Positions 12,101 to 24,100 of a stretch of DNA of 64,000 nucleotides are shown here, piece after piece. The notes below the pieces were generated by a model. It saw only the letters and a program-made list of their open reading frames with translations. It searched no databases and was not told the DNA's origin. The translations under genes were made by a program, and so were the position numbers. Position 1 is the stretch's first letter; the number at the start of each line of letters is the position of its first letter. The stretch comes from Bugula neritina. Its lineage: Eukaryota > Animalia > Bryozoa. Location of the stretch: the NCBI GenBank assembly GCA_964035545.1, contig OZ037767.1:20972628-21036627 (forward strand), in the 5' to 3' direction.

Positions 12101-15100
12101 AACAAAACTTAAGCCTTTGGCTATATCTTATTTTATACTTATATAGCGTTAGTGTTACAATTAGACTCTAATTCAAGTTGTAGTTCAGTTTTATAGCTAA
12201 ATCATCAAATTGAAATGACTAAAAGTATATGGGTAATGGCTATAAAAAGTTAGTCAATTTGAATTACAATAAATTAAGATTTAGATCATCATTATGACTC
12301 TAACTAAAAGTATAGTCATTGCCATATGTTTATAAATCATCTTTACCATAATAATTGATACGAATACAATTACCAATAACTATTAGTATTAGTGTAAGTA
12401 TTACTATTAGTGATAATATTAGTAGAAGTATTAGTATTACTCAAACTAACCTCAACCTGTGAAATGAAGTGTTTCTCTCTTTGCTATCAACGCGATGAAT
12501 TTGAGTAATTGAAGCAATTATAAGCAAAGCACTGTAATCCTGATGTTCTTTGGCTTTTTGAAACTGCGTGATAAGTGTGTTCAGAAGTATCCATTGTTAG
12601 TAATGCTTACCATAAAGTGACAAACCACGACATTTGAAAATTTAACAATGGCGGCAAACTGGCTAAAATTAAAATACTTCTCGAAAAGAGGCTCCAGTTG
12701 ACGTGAAAAAATGAACAGGTCACGTGATAAACTGCCCGAAAATCTTACTTCAAAGTGAAACTAACAATCCACCAATATGGCTGCTCTTTGGACGCGGGGT
12801 TACATTATAAAGCTACCGGATGTCCTTTCCAGGGTTATAGTTTCAGTTCAGCTTGCTGTTATTGGTTGTAGTTTGATCTCAGGCTAAACAATGACAAGTA
12901 GGCAACACGCATGCCACCCACAAAACAATATTGTAGAAGAACTTAAACTACATTTTAATAGAAATTCTTAGTGGGATGCTCTCAGCTATCCTATATGTGC
13001 TGCTGTTTCAAGCTAGTTAGCAAATTTGATAAACAAAAATTTGTAACTTGCTATACCTTGGGGGGCCACACAAATATAGCTGGAGGGCCGGATCCGCCGC
13101 CCCCCCCCCCCCCCCCCCCCCCCCCGCCGCCTGTTGGACAGCCCTGGTTTAATGTATCTCTAATGTTGGAAAATTTCTTGTTTTGGTCCACTGATGCATA
13201 TATAATTGACTGAATGGTAGCTTAGCCAGGTTTCTGCAATGTTGAGTTATGGAAGATGACCCAAATATTGCAACTTGGCATTGTGTAATCAGAGGCAACC
13301 CTGCTACAGTATAATTGGGCCAACCATTGTTAGCATTATAGTGGTTTGATAGTGGGAATAGATTATACAGTAGTCGTGGAAACTAAAGTTACTCCTAATG
13401 TGATCACATAATAGGTAGAGTAGCCAGTGACCATCAAGTTACAAATGGTACAGCTGCTATCATCTCTTACTGTTTTGAGGCCAGCAACCCTAGTGTGCTA
13501 GAACCCAGTGTTTTCCACCCAATTAGTGATGTCAGTGGGCTAGCTTTGATCTCTTCGTTCAACAGCTGCTAATGCTGCTTGTGGGACAGCAATGCAGCTT
13601 CAAATTTGTCTCTGCTTGCAGCTTTCGCTGCTGTATTACATCTGGTGTCCCACCACAGTTGTATCAAGAACTCTTGCTTTATATAGCCCTTGTATAGAAC
13701 CAATAAAACACCTACACAGTTATAAAACTGACCTATATTTGAGGACTAGATTCAGATTGAATTACCATTTACTTTATCAAGTTTACATTTGCTAGTCCCT
13801 TTGACTTATTGATGCAGTGAATGTTGAGTCACCTTTGGCTATTCTCCTACCAACATAATTTTATACTAATATATTATAGGTTATTGTTATGCATGCATAA
13901 GGTATTTATTATATGCTGGGTTGGTAACTATAATATTATATCAAACCTAAGTGTTAGGTAAAACTACTGCCAAAACTTAAACTCTAACTTATCTATTGAA
14001 AGCTATGCTCAAATGCCTTACAACTATTCAAGCGTACCTCTTTTCAAGTTATCTTCATGTTGCAGTTGCGGCTTCTGATGTATTAAAACATGGTAAACTG
14101 GAGTTACAGTTTAGTTACTTGGGCCAGCAGTTTCTCTTACCTTTAGATTTGCCTTTTCCATACATTATATGCAACTGTCTTCGCTGATTCAGTAAAAGTA
14201 TGTTTTATATCCTGTTGCTTGAGTAAAACTTGGCAGTCTATAGTTTAGACTTAAACAGTGTGACACAACATTTAGTTGACTTCACTTTACTGTTGCTTTT
14301 CAAGATACTTCACACCCCCACTCACAGTGAGTTTCTATGATGTGTGTCATTGAAATTTAATATCTATGAACAGTGACAGTAAATCACGTGAAAGAAGGTT
14401 TTACTCTGTATTTGCATATTCTGTCTAGTTAGTTTGCAAGAGATGATTGTAGCTTTGCAAGATGAAATGAGTTGTAAAAGAGATTTCACCATAGTAACTC
14501 TAAGAAATGATGTAGAGTAGCGTTTAGCATACAGTTCCCCTTGTTATTCCCTTCTGTACATGGGTAACCTGAAGATTTTACAAATGTTTACTCTCAATTT
14601 CTATCAGAAGTTGGTAATTTTGATTTAAAAAGTTAAGAAGAGGCCATTTTAGTATATTTCAAACCTGCAGTCAAAGATAACACATTGAGAAGGTTGAATT
14701 TCCCTGATCCATCCTGGTGGTTGGGGCTGTGTGAATTGGCTCTGAGTGTAAACTAGTTGAGTTTTAACACAGCTGCACTGTGCCAGTTGATGACTAGCAT
14801 GGAACATTCCACAGTTTACAGTCTGTTACATTATTATTAGTATATAGAATGTCTCTTTAGTGCATTGCTACAATTGAGTCATCACGTGGGTGTAATAAAA
14901 AGCAAAATAATACTACCATTTGCCAAACTTGATAGGCTTTTCTACTGCTTCAAACTTGAATGGTTTTTGTTATACTAGTAATTGCCTCAAAATTTAAAAC
15001 TGTTTCCTAGGTGAGAGCTTTTAAGTGGTTTAGATCCTATATATACATTTATGGAGGCATTTTAAGGTGTTATTCTTATATTACCAGCAAGTGAAGAGTT

Positions 15101-18100
15101 CACATATTTACACTGTTACAGGATTTGAAGGTGTAGAAAAAATGGCTGAGTCAGAGGGGAATGCTGGTGGTGTCTATCCAAGGCTCTCCGGCTCGATTGG
15201 CTTTGAGGGTGTATCACCACCTCCTGCTACAGCCGAGGGTAACCAACGTAAGTTCGCTAGGCTAAACATTATGTACATAATGGTATATAACTATAATACA
15301 TTAAATTATTATCGAGTGTATTGTAATATATTATTTTTATTATTATTGTAATATATTACATACCTAACTTTTTCAACAAATTAGTGTTTTATGTAAATAA
15401 ATTATAAATTGTTGTAAAATTTTAAGTTCTAATTTTTATAGCAATGGAATATGTGATATAATGTTGTAGTTTATAGCATTTGATTATAACAGTTTCTCCC
15501 TCATTACTCACTACTTAACTTATGTATATTTTAATGTAGCACCGAATTTTGTACTATATAATAGTCATCAGGTCTTGAAGCTAGTAGCAACTAACATTGT
15601 TGAGATGAAAAAGAAAAATCATTTTTAAAAAATGCTTTATCTTTACCAGCAAACAAGCTGCACTCTCATGCACTTTAAGTTAGAAATAAAAAAAGTGTAG
15701 AATATTTATTGAATTGTGAGCTGCCTAGCAGACAGAAGGGTTTCCTGTTAGATAAGACAACTCTTACTTGTAACAAGTATGGCTAGGGGCCTGGCCACAT
15801 GGGAACATTGCAGTAAAAACACAGCTGTTTTACTCATCAACACATGTTTCGCACATTCACTCACTTCTACTATATTTGTTTCAAAGCTATCATACTCCTG
15901 CCAGTTGGGTGTGTTGAAATTTAGTGTAATTTTAGTAAAAGCAGAATCTCATTCACATCAATATTAGCTCTTTCATCAAAGTGTGCCCAATCTTTTACAT
16001 ACTATTTCTTTCAAGTAACTTTTTAAAACTTTATCCTTAATGACTAAACACACTTTTGCCTACAAGAAAGTTTATTGCTGTGTCTGTCTCAATGTGTTTT
16101 TCATCACACTTTGTTGTGTGATGACAGAGTTGACAGCGTGATGACAGAGTTGACAGTGTGTTGTTCACTGAGAATGGCTTACAGCTGTGCCAGAAATGTG
16201 TGTGTACAGTGTGAGAGTGTGACGGTTATAGCTAAGTCTCTAGGTGTAGATATATTCTGTGCAATCATGAGTTGTTGTGTGCAATGCATTGTGGGCTACC
16301 TGTATATTCTCACATGCTAAATGCCATTATTACAGACATACTATACTAGCCCAGCTGCTATATATGTCATGTAACCCTATTGTAATACATGGCTGTAACA
16401 GAGTGAGCGGTGGTGTAGGGTGGGGGGAGACTGTGTTATCTTATACAAACACTCATATCTGGTTAGACAATATCTACGCAGAGTTAATCACAATGTTTAT
16501 TAGCTTCATCATTATCTTCTTGTCAACAATTCTAATACAGCTAACTATAGTTGTTCTGTATAGTTGAATATTTTATAGCTTAGTTTATTCACTAACCTAC
16601 AATACTGTTTTATTTTAAATTGCTCTATTAAAATATCAACACGAAATAATGTTTAATTTATATAAAATCAATATAATATACAATGGGGGCATATGTCATT
16701 CTTCTGTGTAAAATTGAAAACCCCTGAATCCTATTGCCAGCGTGACTGAACATAAAATCTAAAGTCTGGCTAGACCCTCACCCTCTGGATCAGGCGGAGA
16801 TAGCATATACATACATACATATAGCTGTGCTAAATAACTTTGAAAACTGCTTAATAGCTTATAAGTCTTTGGTTTAAACTGCTGTATTAAAAATTTTCTA
16901 ATCAACTTCAGTTTTCGTTTAAAATGAAGAGGTTAGAAGCACATTAGAATGTTGAATACAGCAAATATTATTATTTAGGTCATCTTGAATGATTCGATGA
17001 GGATTCATATCTGCTTGTAATTCAAAACTGATCAGTGAAATAGCATATAGTGTTGATAATGTTAGGTGTAAAGACGTTTGGAAAAAAAATAAAATATTTA
17101 TTTTATATATATTATTTGTTATTATGAAATTTTAAAAGCCAACATGATTTAAATGAGTCTACCCTTTTAAGGCTGTTTTATTCACATCATTGTGAAACCT
17201 GCTGCTTTTATACTCCGGATATGTTGAAGCTGAACTAAATTTAACTCTTTAATTCATTTTCGTCACAGCTTCAGTTCAAGCATTTTAGGCTCTAAAGATT
17301 TAAATAAACAAATAGTATATCTTGCATTCAACATTTTAGTATACTTCTAGTAATATATTTACCATAAAATAAGTGTGCAGTGGAATTCAGTTATTATGAC
17401 CTCATGCATGTTCAAAGTGACCATATTAAGATGCAGATGGGATGCATTTCAGTTTTCACTCCTTGTAAGATTATTCTCCTGTTGGTGGTTTTGGTTTGCA
17501 CAAGCTCATGTACAATTTTAAACATTTTTGGAGTTGTTCTCCTTTTATTACATCTGGCATGCCAAAGTGTTCATCATAATAAGCTAAATATTGTATCGCC
17601 TTGGGAGTTGTCTTCTAAACTATGTAAAGCGGGTAGAGAACACAATGGAGTATAAACATTTAATTATGGCAGTTATAGATAATGTAATTATATTATGAAT
17701 GAGTTTGCTGTAAATTCAATGCAATACTTTTTAAGTAGGTATAAAATATAGTGTGAAGCTAGTATTTAAATTGAAATCATTGTTATTTGCTCTGTCAAGC
17801 TGCCCTAGTTTGGAGATCAAGTCAGATAGATACAAACAAGCAATACATATGTTGCAGATCTGACAGTTTGAGTTTGACAGGGCAATAAATCTGCAGGAAA
17901 TTTTTAGACAATTTATAACTTTTACATTCCAAAGTTAACAAATAAGGCAATTTTTGAAATGAAATTAGGAGTAAGTAGGCTTACATATAACAAATCATAT
18001 TTGCTGCATTCAGCAGGCTTAATGGTTACAATGTCGTGACCTTTGATAATACCCCTAGTGATCCCTTGAATCATTATTTATTTAAGTTCATCATTAGCTA

Positions 18101-21100
18101 CACAACACCTGTTATTATACTTGCTCATCAATTGTGTTATTTTGTCAAATGCGACTAGGATTCTGGGTTATAAAATCACTGACATTATTGTCAAATTACT
18201 AGCTAGTAATTCTTAGCTGATAATGATGTTGGTACGGTTGGTTGCTCATCTCCCCAATAAAACGTCTGCGTGTGAATTAGTGCATGACGACCGACCTGGG
18301 TGCTATTTCAACTAACAGTCAATTGTGCAGAGATTGTGCGTAGAGTAACTTAGTGCTCTCTGCATGTCTAACTCTATTTTCTTGACTCTGTGTAGCTGCG
18401 CCATCCTACAGAGCTGGTAAGTCGAATTGCGGTTGTGTTGGTTTCACTTCAACACTCTAACACGTTTCTTTTCTCACAAATCTGGTCTTCTAAGTTCTAA
18501 CCTTGACTTTGGTGCCACTAATATGAATATCTATTAGTTTCTATATTCCATAGTATAGTTGGGTGATGGTTTCTTTTTCTTTGCTTGAAGAAATATTTCC
18601 CAATCCACTTTAAAACTGTATAACCAACAAATTTCATAATGTAATGGGCTATTCATGAGTAGGCAAGGTTATTTATACACTATTTTATGGTATGAAGTTT
18701 TTAGTCCCAAATGTTGGCTTCTCCAAAATCTAGTTTTTTCACGACGCAAACATTCACTCTCACTGTATCCCCAATATCAGTGGGGTTATTGGTTCCACTC
18801 TTGGGTGTAATCAGGCTACTTACCCCTTACATTACTCACTAATTACCACTTAGCAACTAATATATCGTACTATTTGTGAGTTATAACTCTCTACAACTAA
18901 ATCCCTCATCTAATCCCCCATTAAATAACCGGTGGGTGACATGTTATTGCAAGTGACAAGGTGCAGTGCCTGCTGCTGCCTAACTTAGAATAAGTAAAAT
19001 CACATGCTGACCTGTTCTTTAGATGAGACAGATGAAGGTATGTTAACTAACAGTATGCAACTAGCCTTGGGATATCTCAAAACTTGGTTAAAGTTCACCT
19101 CTGGTTGATATTAAATTGATATCCCAAGGCTGTGTGTATTCTGCGTTGATTGTTGCTCATATAATTATAATGTTGTAGCTGTGCTGGGTGCATGTAACTT
19201 GTACACCTCTATCTCTATTCTAGCTGTCTCTGGGGCTGCAGTGTATGCAGAGCTGTTTCTATACTTCTAGTGGAAAGTTCATTATATTTAATGTCCGGTC
19301 ATTTATTTCCCTATAGATCCTATTTGATCACTGAGCTGCCTGTATTATTGTTGTGGGACCAGCAAGTCCACCCTCCTTCAGTCTGTAGTGAAGTGTTGGA
19401 TCTCATCTATTAGCTGTGCGCAGTCTTTGCACCCAGCAGCTGATGTACCCGCACTCAGTACATGATAATTGGTCACGTGACTCCATAACCCAGTCATGTG
19501 ACACTATAACTCACTGAGACGGAATTGCCATTCATTCAAGTTTATCATTTCCTCAATAGACAAAATTTTAGTTATTTGGTTATCTGTTGATCAAAAGCAC
19601 AGTTTGTGAAATATGCTGGCTACTTTTTTGTTGCCTCATTGTATTTGCTGAGATATTGTGAGATGTAGTAGCTAGTAAACATAGCTCGGTGCACGTTTAG
19701 GTCTTTTGCAACTGGAGTAGGTAACAATTTGCTGATTTCTTGGGCCAATTTTGCTACTCATATGACTGGCTATCCAAGAGTAACATAATGACTACCAGGG
19801 TACTGCGAGGCAGGCATTGACCTACATTTTGCTCAGTAGCTGATAAATAGATTTTACTTAGGTTTAGCTAAATCGTTTGGGATTCTACACTTATTTTCTA
19901 TACTTTGGGTAATTCATCATTCTTAAGCTATTTTGGTCAAAAATAATTAATGGGTTTAGCGATTTATTAGCAGGTAATTACTACAGTAGGTTGGTGATCC
20001 TGAGTTATGGGAGAATAAATAACTCCACTTTAGCCTCTGATAGATTTAACTGTTATTGGGGGGGGGGGGTAACTATTCCATCATGTCATACATATAAAGT
20101 TTATGGGTTGGCTTTGAAGTCTAGCTATATTTTATTGCACTATAGTGTAATATTTTGTTGTATTATGTTTTATTTTATTAAATACCATATATTTGTGTAT
20201 TGTGCTGGTTTGTAATATTGTGCTTTGTATTTTATATTATATATTATTGTTATTATCACGTCTTTATTTGCTATTTTTTCATTAGTTTAGGTTTCTACCT
20301 TTTAGTGTAAAGTTGAGATCTCATGCTAAATCTCACATGATTCAAATTTCCATGTTGCACTATTTTAAACTGGCAGAGTTGTCCTCTCTTCTCTTGTGAA
20401 CTGTATTCCGAAACACTAGTTACTAGTATTTACCTGCTGCGTCATCTTTTTAACCTAGCTAATGAGTTTCATTTTCATTGGGAGTTGTTGCATCCGCTGC
20501 TTGTGAAACTTAAGAGATTTCCAGGTCTGTTATGTTGTGTAGGTCACCAACCTGTAGATATAGAGATGAGTGAGTCATCAGCTTTTACTATTGACCTACA
20601 AAATCGTGGTAATGTGCCCCAGCTTTTGCTATTTTATACCACCTGCTCTTGAATGGCATGCGTTGGAGGACAACTTCTTACTAAATTTTTAAATACAGCA
20701 ATACTTGCAACTGTTACAATAACAGCATGTAGGTAGTGATTAGTTGGCATAAGTATAGCGGGTAGGGTGCAAGTACAGCCCTCCCTTGATGAAACCTGGC
20801 TTGGTGGTCAATAAATTCCAGACTAAGAAAAGGAATATGATTTCTCCTCAACACTGGTTTCATTAGGCTTACGGCTGACAACTTCACTTCAGCATATTCC
20901 AATTTACTTGATATTATATCACAGGAAATCTGCACCTCTGTGTTCAACCTAATCCATCTCCTATAGTTTAAGGTAGTTAAGGCTGTATTAAATATGGACC
21001 TTTACCTTCATTGCTGGCAACTATTATCCTATATCGAAGTTTTGGTGATAATGACTTTTTCAACTTTCTTTTTACCATGTCTCTCCGGTTAGCCTGATTT

Positions 21101-24100
21101 CTCCCCTTTCTGCTCAGTACCAATTGTTATGGCTGCTGTCTGTTAATGATTTCTTAGAATAACCTATTCATAATTATGATTTGCATGAAGTGATCCTCTT
21201 TGATCTTAGGATAACCTCCTACTAACCACTATCTCTCTCTTATGCTGGCACTTTGCTATCACTGTGTATCTGTATATCTCTTAATAACTGGGATAGATCT
21301 GTTGAATTATAAAGTATCTAAAAATAATTGAACTTTTAACTATGGAAGGATTTTTTTGTAAATCTAATTAAATTTCATGTTTGAATTGAAACAACTTTTC
21401 CTCACAATCAATGTTTTACTTATAAATTCCAAAAGACAAAAAGCTGATAGATCATTTATGCAATTACAAACTAAAAAACTGGAATTTACTGTCACATATA
21501 ATGATTTAGTTCCAGAACAGATAAAGGCCCCCTGTGCTGGATTTGTGTTGGCCCTAGGGGGTTCAAGTCCCTTCTATCCCAGCATATAACATTGTATGTG
21601 AATCATTGCAGCAATGGACAGCTCTGAGAGCTCTTATCTGGTGAACAATGACAAACCCTCTTCATCATACAAACGATACAATTCAGACGGCACTGCTGCC
21701 GATGCCGTGGAGCTGGCAATAGATGAGTTTGATGAGGTAAGAATATCCTAAAATTCTTACCTTCCAAGAATGCACATGTTAAGTCACTTGCAGTGTTTCC
21801 TTGAAGACACTTGATATTTTCACTCTCACCGTGTTAGATATTATTTTGGTCTCGTGACGTTATATTGTCTTGTTCGTGCTGCTGCAGTACCAAGTTTACA
21901 CCGTGTTTGTGAATGTTTTCATAACTTGTATTTTAAACTGTAGGGAGGAAAAAATAGGGTAAGACTATGTTTCAGTATTTGCTGTACAGGCATATTTAAT
22001 CTGCTTTATTCATGGCATTTGGAGTCAATGTCTGCTTTTCCTATTAGAGGGTTGAGGGTTTAACCTTCACTGCAGTGTGCAGCTATGTTGCCTACATATA
22101 TTAGTCTAGACTGGGACAAAACAGGGCAATAATAACGTAATATCTTCAGTTACTAACGCTCGTTGAGTTGGTAGCGAGTTGGTAGCGAGTTGGTAGCGAG
22201 TAGGTAGCGAGTTGGTAGCGAGTTGGTAGCGAGTTGGTAGCGAGTTGGTAGCGAGTTGGTAGCCTGGCGCACCAAATCTCAAAGTTCTTCAGCCACCAGC
22301 ACTTACTTATGCAATTAGAAAAATTTGGGTTTTTCTGATTTCACTTCAAATAATGATATTCACATCAAAGAAATAGTTTGTTAGAGGTGCCATTTAAATG
22401 CTTTATGTAAGATTAAGTAATAAGGTATTGGCACATTTTGTCTTCCATAAGTAGTGGAGTATAATGTGTACTGCTGTCTGAGAATTATTTGGTTAGCATC
22501 AGCTACCCTCTAGTTTTCTAATGATGAGTAAGCTGGTTGGTCAAAGGCCTTTATTGGTGTAAAGGATACTGGTAACTGTAAACTAAGTGTTCTAAAAGAA
22601 ACAGCACCACGTGTAGAGTCTAGTTAACTTTTCTTCCTTAATCAACTTTAATATGCAGTTAGTTGTGATCTAAATACTATGGGAGTAAGTGAGTGAGTGA
22701 GTGAGTGAGTGAGTGAGTGAGTGAGTGAGTGAGTGAGTGAGTGAGTGAGTGAGTGAGTGAGTGAGTGAGTGGGTGGGTGGGTGGGTGGGTGGGTGGGTGG
22801 GTGGGTGGGTGAGTGAGTGAGTGAGAGGGTGGGTGGGTGAGTGAGTGAGTGAGTGAGTGAGTGAGTGAGTGAGTGAGAGAGTGAGTGAGTGAGTGAGTGA
22901 GTGAGTGAGTGAGTGAGCGAGCGAGCGAGAGAGTGAGTGAGTGAGCGAGCGAGCGAGAGAGTGAGTGAGTGAGTGAGTGAGTGAGTGAGTGAGTGAGTGA
23001 GTGAGTGAGTGAGTGAGTGAGTGAGTGAGTGAGTGAGTGAGTGAGTGAGTGAGTGAGTGAGTGAGTGAGTGAGTGAGTGAGTGAGTGAGTGAGTGAGAGA
23101 GTGAGTGAGAGAGGGAGGGAGTGAGTAGAAGATATGAGCGACACTGTAACACTTCTTTAAATTATATTTTATCAGATTAGAAATGAATCTGAATTAGTTT
23201 CCAGACTGGTTCAATATTACATTTTGTGGTTCTCAATGTCACTGCTAAGTATCTTGTGGGAAGAACTTTAAAACAACCTTTTTTTTCTTCAAGTCAACTT
23301 GAATGTGGCACCCCACTGCATTATATTGAAATAAATATAAATCAATGCTTAAGCATACTTTTACCAAATATTATACTAACCAGTTTGTGGGCTAATATAT
23401 ACTCATTACTCTAATCTGCCTCTTAGACTCTACTACGCTGCCATGTGTGTCTTAACTCTATTCATGTATCAGTCTTTTACACTAGCTGTTGATGCTAAAC
23501 TCTCACCTGTCTGACAAAGTATAAGTGTGCTAACTATTCTACATGTTTACCTGTATGCTTTATAGTTTATACTATAATATACCTTGACACTGTATACCTG
23601 TACACTGTGTACCTGTACACACCTTGTACATGTTGTCAAGCTGTAACATACCTCATACTATTTATACTGACAACACCATCTGTGATGATGTTATACAATG
23701 CTCCCTCCATATCTCACTAAGCACCCCAATTTGTGACATAGTGAAATACCAGAGTTAACTCATGGATCTGTTAAATTCGGCCATTTTGTCCTTATACATA
23801 AGCCACAAAACAGGGTTCCAGCCCGTCAATAGAGTTTTGCGAAAAATGGATCCGTGAGATATTGAGGGAGCACTGTATTTCCTATTCTATTTGTATATTT
23901 ACTTAAATGTCTGGGTCTTAATTTTCTACTGCTGGGATTGGGAGTTGTCTCTCCTTGGGGTTGTTTATCTGGTGTTTATTTTCCTACTTGGTCCTAAAAG
24001 CTAAGAGTTGTATTTTGCATACACGGCCTGAACCAGCTGTTATCAAATCTGCTGTACTGTGTTTGTGATTTTTGTTGAACTACTTTCTCTATTGGTGTTA

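Larger units (their letters stand above)
9058..13146 (-). mobile_element. hAT (Charlie-like) DNA transposon, non-autonomous and decayed
   Basis: TIRs CAGGGGTGTCCAAC / GTTGGACAGCCCTG; perfect 8-bp TSD GTTTAATG (9050-9057, 13147-13154); remnant transposase C-terminus on the minus strand at ~9525-9635 (FSHMKYTK...[26 protein letters not shown]). Confidence 0.9.

Noticed and set aside
10496-12986. 137-bp direct repeats interpreted as LTRs
   Set aside because: No TG..CA ends, PBS or PPT; the interior has TIRs and THAP remnants.
22670-23152. 160- and 155-aa SLTH-repeat ORFs
   Set aside because: Translation of a (GAGT)n microsatellite in an intron.
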